Of a stretch of DNA of 64,000 nt, positions 24,640 through 38,300 are shown piece by piece (within the stretch, counting starts at the first letter, position 1; every line of letters starts with the position of its first letter). Both the position numbers and the translations under genes were made by a program. The notes under the pieces are model-generated. The model had not been told where the DNA came from. It was given only the letters and a program-made list of their open reading frames with translations, and did not search any database. Origin of the DNA: Camelus ferus (Eukaryota); assembly GCF_009834535.1 (NCBI RefSeq), contig NC_045697.1:33544001-33608000 (forward strand), read 5' to 3'.

Positions 24640-27600
24640 AGGATCCAATCAGATAGTTCATGAAAGAGGAAACAAAAATAGCCAAATACAATTTAAAAGA
24701 TTTAACCCTGTTAATGATTAAAGAAAAACCAAGCAAAATAAAATGCAGTTTCTATATGTAATATTGGCATTTAAAGAAAAGTTAATACCATGCTATGTAG
24801 AGATATTGGTGAGATGGGCCACTTATATACTGCTGATGGATACATTTTTTGTAAAGCAATTTGTCACATGAATTGTGAAGTTTATTATTTTATAGACTTT
24901 GATTCAGAAATTTTATTTTTAAGATAAAATCCCAAGGAAATATTCAGGAATGGGGGTAAAGATTATGTAAAGAATTCTCACTGCAACATTATTTATAACA
25001 GTGATTAAAGAGAAAACATTTTACATTGTAACCATGAGGGAATAGTAAATTATATGATGATACATTAATGTGTACAATGGAGAATTATGTTTCCTTTAAA
25101 ATTTATTTATGAGTAATTATTATTCACATGGAAAATTTCCACCAAACAATGTTGTGGATCAAAGTTGGAACAAATCACACTAGAGCTACAGATACAGAAG
25201 TAAAAAGAGATACAGATTTGAAAAAAAAGTTGCAAAATGTCATTATCATTAATAAAGAGACAAATGATGATGGTTACTTCCTTATTTATATGTTCTTGAG
25301 TACTATAAGTTTTCTTCAATGATTATGCATTTGTTTTTAAAATGAAATACAATAACATTTATTTTAAAAAGTAACATGGTTTCTAGTTCAAGACAGCTGA
25401 ATTTTTCTTGTCTTAACGCAAGATCTGCATAAAGGGTCAATAAAGAGTAAAAAGTATAAAGGCAGACAGATGATCAAACATGGACAAACAGAAGAGGACA
25501 CACCCATCCTAGAATTTAAGGAGAAGGGCCCCAAAATAGAGGGAGCTGACCTTCTAAATACAACACGTCGGTGTTAATTTTTAGAAGAGTGGAAATAGTC
25601 CCCATTTATCAGTACCCCTAACATGCAAACGCACCCGAAGTGTTGGCGTGATGGGGTGGAGGATAACTTTCCAATGAAACTGATGTGGCTCTCTGTGGGC
25701 TAACTGTAATAAGTGGGTATTAGCCTGGAAAGCAAAATTGTCCAAATTCTATGACTCAGAAAAATTATAGTTTCCTGCTGGATTATTCAAAATGAAGTCT
25801 GTCAGTTAACTGTCCTCATCCATATACCTAACATTGCCAGACATTCTCTATATGAAAGGATAATCAAAAGTTGCTAGAAATTGAAAAACCTATAGTAAGA
25901 GAAAGATTAGGATAAACAAATTTGATAAAGTTACCACAGTAGAAATATCAATTATCAGGGAACTGAAAAGGACTTGTAAAAACTAAAGAATTTTCATCCT
26001 GACACACAGAGGTATAAAAAGATTTTCTAACCCCACAATCAGAACACGGTGGTACAAGAAAGGAATTCCTGAGTATTCATCTATTATACAAAAACATCCA
26101 TTGACAGTGGCTGAAATGGATTAATCAAGAAATACCAATTTAAATTTATGATGCAGAGCTACAAGAAGAATAGCAAACAGAAAAACAATTAGAAAACTGG
26201 AAAATGGTTCTAAGACAAGAAAAACTGAAGGCAGAAGGAGGTGGTATAGGAGACTATTTTTTTTCATTTGTTTTTGTAAGCCTTTCTACACTGCTAGAGT
26301 TTTTTAAACCATATACTTGTATTACTTTGTTACAAATAAAAAAATGTTTAAAATAGCAGGAAAAAATCTGTTTCAAAATGTTCCTTCTCAAAATAAGATT
26401 TCCAAACAAAATCAGGTTTCTAAATTCATACTCATTTTAACTCTAAGTTGTGAAAACACAAATGGAGAATCATCTCTGAAGTTTTAACAGGAATGATTGA
26501 TTTTGTTGTTGTCATTGAAATTCTGTAGTCAAATACATACTTTGCATGAGTTAAATATTGAGATGAAACTTTGAGATTTCAGTGCTTTAGATAAGCTATG
26601 TCTGTGAATGAAATTCTCAAGCATTTTGCTAAATGTCTCCTACGCCATCGTTACAGAGAGAATACTAACAAAAATTAAATCATGCTTTTAAAATGTTGAT
26701 TATTTTCAATTAACTTTCCTCTGTCTTTTCAACCCATGACCTACTTGCATCAAAGCTACGTGTTCACACTGTAAGGCATTGGTGACTCCCTAGTCACAAG
26801 CTGGTTCTACAGCCTTTAGACTAATAATGCTCCTCAGCTCAATGCCAGGAATTCCCTGCTGAGATCAGGTTCTTTGGCAGCCAGGATTCTCCAACCAATT
26901 CAGACTACAAAACAGCCTGGGCACAAGCTGGTCCAGCTCTGAACTGCCCAGAGAGCAGGCACTACAGCATCTCTTTCTCAGCCTAAATTGGCAAAGAGCT
27001 TGGGAGATTCAAGGATGTGAAAGGAAATCAGTTGTCTAGAGCATTTTTGACAAAGGGAAGAATAATAGCTCAAAAAACAAAGCAACTAATGCACAAGTCT
27101 GTGAATGCTTCTCTGATGTGATCCCAGAAGGCTGTCCAAGCAAAAAAGCTCACTGGAAAAGGTCAAAGGAAATGGCTGATTAAATGATTACATCAAAACT
27201 GAAAATTCACCTGTCAAAAATATCCTGAACAAATTTAAAAGGCAAACACAGAAGAGAGAAAACATTTGCAGCATATATGACTGAAAAGAACTGGCACTTT
27301 ACTATATCAAGAAGTCTTACAGATTAATAAGATAAGAATGTCAGTCAAAAAAAAAAAAACAGATGAAGGAAAATAATAGACAATACATGGACACACATAC
27401 ATACATTCACACAGTACAAAATTATCTTATTTTAAAATGTCTCATACTATTAACAATCAAATTAAAACTATCAACAGTCAAGTTTCATTTAACATATAAA
27501 TGACATGGCATTTTTTTCACCTCTCAAGTTTCAATTGTGCTTTTCAAAAATGAGATTACTACATGGGACTCAAGTGTACTGAACTCCACATAATGCTGAA

Positions 27601-28900
27601 ACTGCTATACACAACTGGTAGAAGCTGGCAAAGTTTTTCTAAAAAACATTTTTATCAAAATCAGTATAACAAAACATAACGAAAGCATAAACATGGTTAT
27701 ACTTAAAGTCTTTCATAAGATTCTACTTAAAAATACCAAAAGTGAAGATTCAAGATCTGTGTATAAGGCTGCTTCATACAGTACTATTTCAAATGGTAAC
27801 AAAGGAGAAATTTATATGTCTAACAAAAGATAAATGTTTAAGTAGATTCTGGATAGGTCACACAAGCTTTCTAAGCACGATAAAATGCATTTAGCTAACA
27901 AAAGCTTTACTTCGTAGGGTAGTTAGGGTATCAAATAAATACACACAAGTCCTTAGAACAGTGCCTGCTACATAATTATAATAGACATTAACCATTATTA
28001 TTTAATAATTATTAAATATTAATATTAAAAGGACCTATTCACTGACAAATTTGCAACTGAAATTTTTATCACCTTCTATCATGAGTTAGATAAGACAGCA
28101 AAGAGGGAAATAGCTGTAAGAGTAAAGGCTTTGAAATCAAACAAATGGAAATAATCATACAAAAATTACATATTTATTGGGGAAATTTAAAGAAATAATG
28201 CACTCAAAGTGCATTTAAACATAGTTATCAAATGAAAGGCACATTATGATCATTATTAATCACTATAATTATCAATAAAATGTACTATTAATGAATATAC
28301 TAACTGTATTTATTTTTAATTTTGGAAAATGTCAAAAAACAATATATAAATATAAAAGAAGTAATAAGAACATGAACTCCTATTCACACAATTCTAAGTT
28401 TTAATAGTTTTCAACAAATGGCCATTCTTGTTTCATTTATGTGCCCCCTCCAACACACACACTGGGTTTATTTTGAAGCAAATTTTAGACAGTATTTTAC
28501 TTAAAATTTCTCAGGGTGTATTTCTAAAATATGATTATTCTTTTAATTTTAACATAACCAAAATATCATCATTACATCTAAAAAAATTCTTTAAAATCAT
28601 CACATGTCCAGTCAGTATTCAAATTCCTTATTGTCTCATATATTTTGTGTTTGTTTCTTTAAGTCAAGATCCAAGGAAGGTCCATACATTTCTATTATTT
28701 TGTCTCCTAAGTTTCACTTAATATATACATTCCCATCCACTCTCTCTTTTATCCCATGCCAATTATTTGCAGGGGAAACTGGATATTTGCCCAAAAGAGT
28801 TTCCCAGTCTTGATTTTACTTACTGAGATGCCATGATGTTGTCCAAAATGTTTCTCTGTCTCTTTATTTTCTTTAAATCAGTACTTAGAATGATATTCAA

Positions 28901-28940
<40 letters not shown>

Positions 28941-29200
28941 GGCAAGTGTAGTTCCAATATTGTTTGTACTCTCACCCATAGGCTCTTTTTTGTGATATAG
29001 GTAGTCACTAATTATCATTGCCTAGATCCATTCTTTTATTTAATGGTAATATCCTGTCTTTTTTTCTTTACTTACTAGCTAGAATTATATGAAAAGAGAC
29101 TTCTCCCCCATTTGTTTACCCCCTAATGGAGTTCATATAGAAGAGGTGAGATGGATGCTAAATTTAATTATTCCCACTTTTGAAATAATGAGATGGTTTC
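24640..29200. mobile_element. Patchwork of old L1M fragments
   Basis: Degenerate L1 segments at ~24640-25370, ~27100-27900 and ~28300-29200, interspersed with unassigned sequence. Confidence 0.45.
28902..28940. repeat. (GTT)13 microsatellite
   Basis: Perfect trinucleotide run; explains the poly-Thr in ORF 28820-29008. Confidence 0.95.
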
Positions 29201-29814
29201 CTAATATTCTCTGAAGGGAGCATTTGATTCCATTTTAGAGCTTTTCTAATTCTCACCCACAGATGCTTATTATGCTCTCACAGATACCATACTGAACAGC
29301 ACAAGCCTGCTCGTTGCCCTTCACTGGAGGTCTGGAGGCCAGTTCTGCAGGACTCCAAGCTCAAAAGTGCCAGCATCAGCTAAGCAGTGCCCTTTCTTTA
29401 GAGGTCTGAGAACTAGCTCTTTTGACCACCCCCTCCCCACCTTTATGATTTCAAGTTCTCATAAACGCAACTTTTTTCCTTTTGTTTCCCTGGTCACAGA
29501 TGTTGTTTCGTATAGTTACTACCTCTGTGATATATTAGTGTTTCCATTTTCATCTAGTTACATGATCTCATTTTTTTAAATATTTAAGTCTCAGAACAAT
29601 TTGTAATCAAACCTGTGAAGAGTGTCATAAATGGGATCAGTTTCATCTGTTTTTCCCGATAGTTAACCAGCTAGTCCAACACTACTTATTAAAGAGTCCA
29701 GGCTTTCCTGGATATTGTTTGTTCTTCCAAATGAATTGTATAATCAAGTGAAGCCCCAGACAAAAGCGTTCAGTGCATGATAAAGCAGTATTTAAATCAG
29801 TGGGGAACAAATTC

Positions 29815-30075
29815 TTGTTGGAGTGAAGTGTTGCCTGTTGTGACACTCAAAAGAAACGGAGGCAAAACATCCTCTAGACCCTTTAGAAAGGCTAGCATCA
29901 TTTATCTCCTTCCCTGAGTTCTAGTTTTGCTATAGTGCCCCCTGCAGGCACAGACTAACAGAAGCCAGGGAGGGAACAGAAAGGTGGTTAGTAGAGGTCC
30001 AGACTGCAAATCTAGTCACTCAAATACGTGTGGGTTTTGAAAGTGAGGGGAGAAAAAAAAGTTTAATAACTGACT
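29815..30075. mobile_element. ERVL LTR fragment, LTR41-like
   Basis: GTGCCCCCTGCAGGCACAGACTAACAGAAGCCAG...GTGGGTTTTGAAAGTGAG...TTAATAACTG resembles the recalled LTR41 consensus. Confidence 0.55.
29935..29948 (-). promoter_or_regulatory. Candidate CTCF motif
   Basis: Minus strand CCTGCAGGGGGCAC versus CTCF core CCASYAGRKGGCRS: one mismatch. Confidence 0.5.
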
Positions 30076-30079
30076 ATTT

Positions 30080-33000
30080 ACAGTTTTTTGCTATCTCAAA
30101 TAGTGTTGCCATGAATAGCATTCCGCATATACCTTTTCGTGTATTTGTCAGTGCATTTTGAGACAGATTCGTAGAAATGAGATTGCTGGTTCGAGAGATA
30201 AGTACAGAATATTACCAAGTTCTTCTCCAGGGAGATTTACCATTTTCCGTTCTCAATAGTAATCTGTGAGAGTGCCTGTTTTCCCTCAACCTCATCAATG
30301 TTTAGTCAAACCTTGGGGTTTTTGCCAATCTGATTGGTGAGAAACAGTGTCTTAGTTTAGCTTTAATTAGCACATTTCTCTTACGGAAAGTTTTATTTTC
30401 ATATATATAAGGGCTATTTGCATTTTTTTTTCTATGAAGTATCCGTTCGTATCTCTTTTGCCCATTGGTCTTTTGCTTCTCTACTTTCAGGAAGCTTTTT
30501 TAAAAACTGTAGTCAGTTACAGTGTGTCCATTTCTGGTACACAGTATAATGTCCAGTCACGCATATATATATGTATGTGTGTGTGTGTGTGTATATATAT
30601 CTTTGTTTTCATATTATTTTTCATTAAAGGTTATTACAAATATTGAATATAGTTCCCTGTGCTATACAGAAGAAATCTGTTTTTTAATCTATTTTTATAT
30701 ATTGTGGTTAACCTTTGTAAATCTCAAACTTCCAAATTTATTCCTTCTGACCGACTCCCTTTTTTCCCTGGTAACCATAAAATTGTTTGCTATGTCTGTG
30801 AGTCTGTTTCTGTTCTGTAGGTGAGTTCATTAGTGTCCTCTTTTTTCTTTCTTTTTCTTTTTTTTTTTTAGATTTCACGTGTGAGTGATATCATATGGTA
30901 TTTTTCTTTCTCTTTCTGGCTTACTTCAATTAGAATGACAATCTCCAGGTCCATCCATATTGATGCAAATGGCATTATTTTATTCTTTTTTATTGCTGAG
31001 TAGTATTCCATTGTATAAATATGACACAACTTCTTTACCTAGTCATCCGTCAATGGACATTTAGGTTGCTTCAGAAGGCTTTTACACGTTAGGGATAGTA
31101 ACTCTTTACACTGACATAATTTTCAAACACTTTTTTCCAATTAGTCATTGTGGTTTTTACTTTGCTTACTGGACTTTTTTAATGCAAAAGTTATTTCTTT
31201 ATATGGTTATATTTATCAATTTTTTTCTCCTTGCATGTAGATTTTGACTCATAATTAGGAAAATTTTCTCAATCTTATGTTATAAATTCCCCTATGTTTT
31301 CTTCTTGTTTTATATTTTCATTTTTTTGTATTTAGAGATCCAAAACAGTTGAGAATTTATTCTGTCTTTAGTGTCAGAAATGGATACAATTTTATCTATT
31401 TTCTTTTTGGTTAACTGGTTACCACAACACTACTCATTAAAAAGATCATCTTCTCCCTACTGTTTAAATGCTATCTTTATCATTTTTAAAAAATTTCCAT
31501 ATGTAGTAATGTCTATTTATGGCTTCCCTATTCTATCAGTTTGGCTTCCATTTGTACATGATAACATAGTGCTTTAGAAACAGAGACTCTGGAAAATGTT
31601 TTAACAACTAAGAGAGTCAGTCACTACTTACAGGATTTCATGTGTCCTGATTATTATTTGCTTTGCTAAACAAATTTTATAATCAACTTGCCAAGTTCCA
31701 AAGAAATATAGTTTCTTAATACTTCCTGGGAAAGCTTTAATGTTAAAATTATCTCAGGGAAGATTAAACTGCATATGACCTTGAGTATACCGGTCCAAAG
31801 GCATGGTATGTATTTTCATTCCTTCATATAGACACACATATGTTTGTTGGACATAAATTACATATAGGTGTTCTGTGTGTTCATTTACTTTCCCTTTTGT
31901 AAATGGAATTTTTTCACTGGTATTATCATTTTGAATGTTGATTTTATAATCTGATCTCACCCTGGAATTCTCTTATTGTTTGTAGTTTCCCCATCATTTT
32001 TTTTTTTTTAGTTTTTCTACATATGTAATTCTATCATCTGCAAATAGAATAACTCTTTCTTTCCAATTCCTATGCCTCTAATTGGATTTCCTTGACTAAT
32101 TTTATAAGCTAATTCCTGCAATGAAAATGTTACATAGTAATAGATGTAGAGAACACATTTGCTTTGTGCCTGACATTAATCAGAAAGTAATGTTTTCCTG
32201 TTAGGTAAGATGCTGAGTTTGGGGCCAATGGTTGTAGGTGTGTGTGTATGTGTGTGTGTGTGTGCACACATGAATCAGATTTTTATTTTGTCTTTAAAGC
32301 ATAATACATTTTAAATATGTTAAATATGTCTATGAACATGAGCAGGTGATTTATCTCTGTAGCTCTATTAATACAATGGGTTATACAAACGTTTGTTAAT
32401 ATTCAATCGTCATTGCACATTGCACTCCCGGAATAAATCAACATGATCATCATGTATTATTCCCATACTGAGATTGGACTGTACTTTTATTTTAGGTACA
32501 ATTGTAATGTTTGGGGTCAATAATATGCTCATTTCATTACTAAAATAAATTTGGAATTTTCTTTTTTTTCTGTTCTAGAATAATTTAAACAGACTGAAGA
32601 TTTTTTTTTTTTTTTCCCAAAGTTTAGCAAAATTCTCAGCTAGGCCCATTCAGCGGTTTTTTGTTTCTTCTTTTTTTTTTTCTTAATCGGAGCCATCTGT
32701 TTACTTCCTCTATTCTATGGTAATTAGTCTGTTTAGATTTTATATACTTTAAAATCAATTCCTTTTGATAAATTATATTTTGCTAGAAATTATATTTTGC
32801 TAGATTTTCAAATATATTTGCATAGAGATATGCAGAGTAATCTATTACATTTTTTTTCCCTCAATTTAAAGGAAACATTGCCATTTTCTAAATTTTGGTA
32901 TTTGATTTCTCTCCCCACACATTTTTAAAAAAATTGGTATGATTAATAGTGGTTGTTTATTGTGTTGATGATTTCAATTAAGTGATTCACCTTTGGATTA

Positions 33001-33260
33001 TCTTATCAATTCTTAATGATGTTTTGTTACATTTCAGAGTTGACTTAATTCTTCCAATTTGTTTGACTTGTATATAGTTCTTTCTAAAGTTTCCTTTTCT
33101 TTTCCCAAGCAGGTATTTAATTCACTTTTCTTGTTATAGTCATTTAATGTATAAATTTTTATCTAATACCTAATTTATCTGTATCTCATCAATTCTGGTA
33201 TTTTGCTCTTATCAATCTTTCAAAATCTGAAATTTTGGTTTCTATTTCCTTTTTGACCCA
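30080..33260 (-). mobile_element. Old L1M (antisense), host of later insertions
   Basis: TTTGCCAATCTGATTGGTGAGAAA, TCATCTGCAAATAG and similar degenerate antisense ORF2 text; T-rich. Confidence 0.65.
30500..31069 (-). mobile_element. Young 5'-truncated L1 (same subfamily as 4457-5140)
   Basis: Reverse complement of the 3'UTR at ~4570-5120. TSD TTCAGGAAGCTTTT (30486-30499) / TTCAGAAGGCTTTT (31070-31083). Confidence 0.9.
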
Positions 33261-33267
33261 AAAGCTG

Positions 33268-34290
33268 TGTGATAGTTAATTTTATATGTCCACTTGACTG
33301 GGCCAAGAGGTGCCCAGATATTTGGTTAAGTAATTATTCTGGGTGTGCTTATGAGGGTGTTTTAGAATGAGATTAGCTTTTGAATTGGTAGATTGAGTAA
33401 AACAGACTGTCCTCCCTAGTGTGAGTGGCCCTTATCCCATCAGTTGAAAGCCTGAAAAGAAAACGCTAAACTTCCTGCATACGAAAGGGAATTCTCCTGC
33501 TGCCTGAGCTGACATTCGCCTTTTCTGGCCCTTGCTGTCAGACTGAAATATCTACTCTTCTTGGGTCTCGAGTCTGCTGGTTTTCAGATTGGAAATCACA
33601 TCACTAGCTCTCCTAGTTCTCGGGCCTTTGGACTCTGACAGGAGCTACACATTGGCTTTCCTTGGTCTTGTAAAAGAAAAAATATCTGTCTGCCACGTCA
33701 GTAAACAAAGAATGCTGTGGCCATCAAGTCATTAGCCACTACCACAGCTCCCAACAGTGAGTGGAGGGAACTCAAAATGGAGACAAGTAGGCAGCCCGGC
33801 CTCTACAGCCACCCCTAATGGTGCACACCTGCCACCCCCACCCCCCAGCCAGGGAACTCAGGATGAAAAAGAACAGGATACTGGCCCTAGATAGCTAGGT
33901 GCATATCAAAGGAATGATTTCAATAAACCCAGACTTTTGCATCTTCCCCTACAAGAAAAGTGCTAAATTCCTTGAGACACCTGGTTTTCTTTAATTAACA
34001 GTAATCTTTTAATGTTCTGACTACCTGGTCTTTGCTGTAAAAACTCCGATACATCCTCCTCCTTTGCCACTTTGGAGCAGTCCCTCAGAGCGACCTGACA
34101 GGCTGTCATCCCAGCCTTAAGCCCTCAGAAATGTATGCTGAATGAAACATAATTTCTCAACTTTAAGGTTGTGCATTTTTTTTTTTCAGTTGACAGTCTC
34201 CAGCTTGCCAACTTATCCCCTTCAGATCTTGGGACTTGTCAGCCTCCATAATCACATGGGACAACTTAGTCCTTATAATAAATTACGTAT
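33268..34290 (+). mobile_element. MLT2 (ERVL) LTR, interrupted
   Basis: TGTGATAGTTAATTTTATATGTCCACTTGACTGGGCCA start; resumes CAGCTTGCC...CAGATCTTGGGACTTGTCAGCCTCCATAATCAC after the nested LTR. Confidence 0.85.
33669..34195 (+). mobile_element. Solo ERV1 LTR nested in MLT2
   Basis: TGTAAAAG...GTTGACA termini with a perfect 4-bp TSD GTCT (33665-33668 and 34196-34199). Confidence 0.9.
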
Positions 34291-34685
34291 AATCTAGGTG
34301 CATGGACTTTCTGTTTGATAATTTTTGGATTTCTTTTTTGTTTTAATTGCAATATGCTCATAGTATTTAAATTACTTCAATCACACAACACACACACACA
34401 CACAACCTTACTGTTTCTATAATCATACTATTTTGGGGGTAGGGGGAACTTGAACTGTTTTGTCTTGAGAGACTTGTAAATCTCCTTCGTATTATTTATG
34501 CTTCCTATTTGTCCTTGCTTATCCTGTGGCTTCTGTCATTGTTATGGTGTTGTTTACTGCCCAGAAATGTTTACCTACACTGAACTGCTAAATCAGAGGG
34601 AAATAAATTTCAATTTTCTTGAAACTGCAATTTAGATCTCTCTCTTTAGCTTAGCCTTATTGTATCTAACTAACTGCAGACAAAC

Positions 34686-34720
34686 TTACCAAGGTTACCA
34701 AGGTTACCAAGTTTACAAAG
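34686..34720. repeat. 9-bp tandem repeat (TTACCAAGG) x ~4
   Basis: TTACCAAGG TTACCAAGG TTACCAAGT TTACAAAG read directly. Confidence 0.85.
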
Positions 34721-34944
34721 TTTAGCTCTGAAAGGAGACTGGCTCAGTGGCAGGGAGCTTAACGAAGTGGTTGGTTTCAAATAAGGCAAATAAAGCGTTC
34801 ATGCATTTGGGATTAATTCATAAAAGAGGATGCTTGTTGTTATTTTGCCACTCTCTTTCCCACAACCACTTCAGATTCTAATCATTCTATTCCACAAACT
34901 AGTTAATGATCTTGTATACTGTGAAGATCATAACACAACTCAAT

Positions 34945-35016
34945 AAATTATTAATTTTGAATGAGTAGAGTATACAAAACAAATTATTAATTTTGAATGA
35001 GTAGAGTATACAAAAC
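34945..35016. repeat. Perfect 36-bp tandem duplication
   Basis: AAATTATTAATTTTGAATGAGTAGAGTATACAAAAC occurs at 34945-34980 and 34981-35016. Confidence 0.95.
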
Positions 35017-35019
35017 ATC

Positions 35020-35385
35020 TGTCTTCATGCATTCAGGCTGCTATAACAGAATCCCACAGACCGCCTGGCTCATGAACAGTAGTAGCAATGTATGTCTCAC
35101 AGTCCTGGAGGCTGGGAATCCAAGATCAAGCTGCTGCCAGATTCAGTGTCTGGTGAGAGCCTGCTTCCTCATTTAAAGATGGCTGCCTTCTCGCTATGTT
35201 CCCACATGGCAGAAAGGGCAAGTGAGATCTTTGAGATCTCCTTTATAAGGGCACTAATCCCATGCCTGAGGACTCTACTATCTTGACCACTATCTATCAC
35301 CTCCCAAAGGCCCCACACCTCCAAATACATTGGGGATTAAGCTTCAACATGACTTTGGGAGGCATACATTCACTCTACAGCAGCA
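35020..35385 (-). mobile_element. MaLR LTR, MLT1A-like
   Basis: CAGGCTGCTATAACAGAAT...CTCACAGTCCTGGAGGCTGGGAATCCAAGATCAAG...GGGCACTAATCCCAT. Confidence 0.85.
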
Positions 35386-38300
35386 TTCTATTAATTAAGT
35401 GACTATATAAATATGTGATAATAGGTAAAGACTAAGCAAATAATATTGCTTAAAAATTATATGTAATGTATCAGAAAAAGTAGTTGCGTGGAATATAAAA
35501 TTCCTCTTCTTCCAATCGTCCTGGAAACTTCCTTTTAAGAGTTATTAGTAGCATTTTTAATTTTACAGAAGCAACCATCCTAAATTTCCTCATTTCTTAG
35601 GTAATGACTCAAGAAATGACCACTGAAGTTGAATAACATTGAGCAAATAAATAAAACTTTTTTTCTTGTTGATTGGATTCTTTAATTACCCAAATTTTAA
35701 TGTTGTTTGTTCAAACAAGGTGAAATAATTTTTTTTTTTAATTTACAGAATGATTCTCACACTCAACAAATCATTCTGTTGCTGCATTAGGGAAAACAAC
35801 AAGGATAGTTCAAATTTACTTATATTTCAGGTATCATATTTTGAAGATACACTGAAAATTAATTTTCACTCATATACAAAGTGGGTAGTTTCTTACAAGC
35901 AATTAATTAATGAATAACTTTTTTGAAATGAGTGTGAGGTCAGAAATCTTACCCTATTCCATTGGGGAAAACAGCTTTTACTGCTTTTCGGTATTCTTAG
36001 GGAGTAATTTTTAGAGTTACTAGAACTGGAAGAAATGTCTTGGTACCATAATTTAGAGAAAGTATGAAGTAAACAAACTTTGGCAGGGTGATGTAGGACC
36101 CTAACCAGCATTCTCAGAACATTGACTGGTGTAATAATTATGTAATGTCTTGAGTACTCTATTACTAGTCTTGAGAGTTCAACAGTCAAGTTCACAAATT
36201 ATTTAGTAGGTAGGGGAGGTAGACATATAGTGAAAAACAGAAATTGGAGTGAATTTAAACTTTTCCTAGCATTAACCCTTCATACATTTTAGCATTTGAA
36301 TGTATTCCATTGAGAAATAAAGGTGTGTGGTCAAATGTAATGCTCTTGAAATTGTAACATAACCAGAAACCTATCTTAACCTGAGGTAAGCAATTTTTTA
36401 AAAGTATAGTCATTTAACATATTTGACGTATGACTTATGAATCTTTAGTTATTTCCTTAAAAACAGTTTGAGAAATTCTATAATCAATGAAATGATGTGT
36501 GCTTAAAATAGATTTAGGAATACCCATGACTTTTAAACCCACAAAATAATGCTTGTTCCTATTGCTTTCTTTCCCTATTTTTGGAAAAATAAAATTCTGA
36601 ATGCATCCACTAGAAGTTTGCCGTGCACTATTCAGCATGTGCTGTTACAGAGACAGTTTAAAAGCTGCTTAATTTTAATATTGTTTCCACGGTAACATAG
36701 TGGAGTCACATCATATATGTATTTAATCTAATCACTCAACTGTATGGGCTTTGAGACAAAGACACAAAAACACGAGGAAAGGGAAACTTTGAGAGGAGAG
36801 AAATTAAGAGATTGAGACATAGATACAGAATGACAGAGAAAAAAGATAAAAGAATTCATACAGGGGAGGCTGAACATTCCATCCATTGTTCTGCTCAGTA
36901 AGTCTATGTGTTCCTCAGTGGTTTCTTGGCTTCATTTTGCCCTCACAAAAAAGCACATCCTCACACTCTGTGGGGGTCTATTATACAATTATATTTGCCA
37001 TGGATATGTCTTGGTAAAGGCATATTGACTGTATACATACTATGTATAACAGAACACTACATTAAATGCATACTGAATTTCATGTGCAATTTAAGATAAT
37101 TTTGAAAATATGATTTTCACCTTACTGGCTTATTTTAGGGCCTATTCCTTTAATATGATTAAGCCCCTTCCCTACCCCATTCATGTGACCCAAGCTCCAA
37201 ACAACAATGTTAAAAATAAATTTTTGGAGATCATTCAAATTTTGAACTATGGACAGTCTTTGTATTATCAAAGTCAAATCATAGTCAAAGCTCTTGACAT
37301 TAGACATCATGACATTCCTACTTAGGGTCTATCACCTAAAACAATACTATCTCTTAATCATTCATTAAAGGGCTGAACTCCTCCTCCTCAATGTCATCCT
37401 CATCCTTATCGATACTTCCATCACTTATTTATTCATTTAACCAGATACAAATTTATAATTGCTTATTAAGCATTTAGCTTAACTCACAAGCAAACGACAT
37501 CTGTAAATCAGGTATTATTTCCCTCAACTTCATAAATAAAACAATGGGGGAGATGAGCCAGTTAGCTAAGGGGCACACTTAGGCTCTGAATATAGATACT
37601 TCTGAATTCAAAGTCAGAACTTCCTATTTTAGGAAGTTGCCTTTAATGCAAAAATCTAGAAAGAATAATATTTAAATAGAGTGATGGAATACTGTTTTCA
37701 AAACTGCATTTTCCCTGTAGTTGGCATCTTACCATTTAAACATTTTTATTTGTAAAGTAGTTTTAAAACTCCTGAATGTATTATCTAATAAAATATCCAT
37801 ACACTTTTGTTGTTGTTGTTGGTATATTTATCAGACACCCATCAGTTATGGTTGTGTGTCTGATTGGAAGATCTTTCATTACAAGAAAATGTGAAATGTT
37901 TCCATGGAGATCAGCTTGAGATAGCCCAGTGACGAACTTCTTAGCTATAATTTCACATTGGTTTCTATGGTTTCCAGATAGGGGAAGAAAATGAAGTTGC
38001 AGATTTTATTGTAATGTAAAAGGTTATTGGAAAATAAGAGATACTGCTCAAATTAATGTCATCCCCCAGGAAAGCAACTGCTGTTACTGCAAAACATGAA
38101 AGATTTGATGATGTTATGTCGTACATCTATGCCATTTTTTATACTTGTAACAGATGAGGAACTACCATGATACTTATTTAAACAATTTCTAAATTTAGCA
38201 GAAAACTCTCTGTAATGGGGGAATTCTCTATTGAAATCTGTTTTAACAATGGCTACTAATAACTAGCTTACAATCTCCACTCCACTTTTCTTACGTCACA

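Noticed and set aside
28820..29008. Poly-threonine ORF
   Set aside because: It is a translation of the (GTT)13 microsatellite.
35745..35779. 11-bp perfect hairpin ACAGAATGATT-N13-AATCATTCTGT
   Set aside because: Too short for a pre-miRNA and expected by chance in 64 kb of AT-rich DNA.
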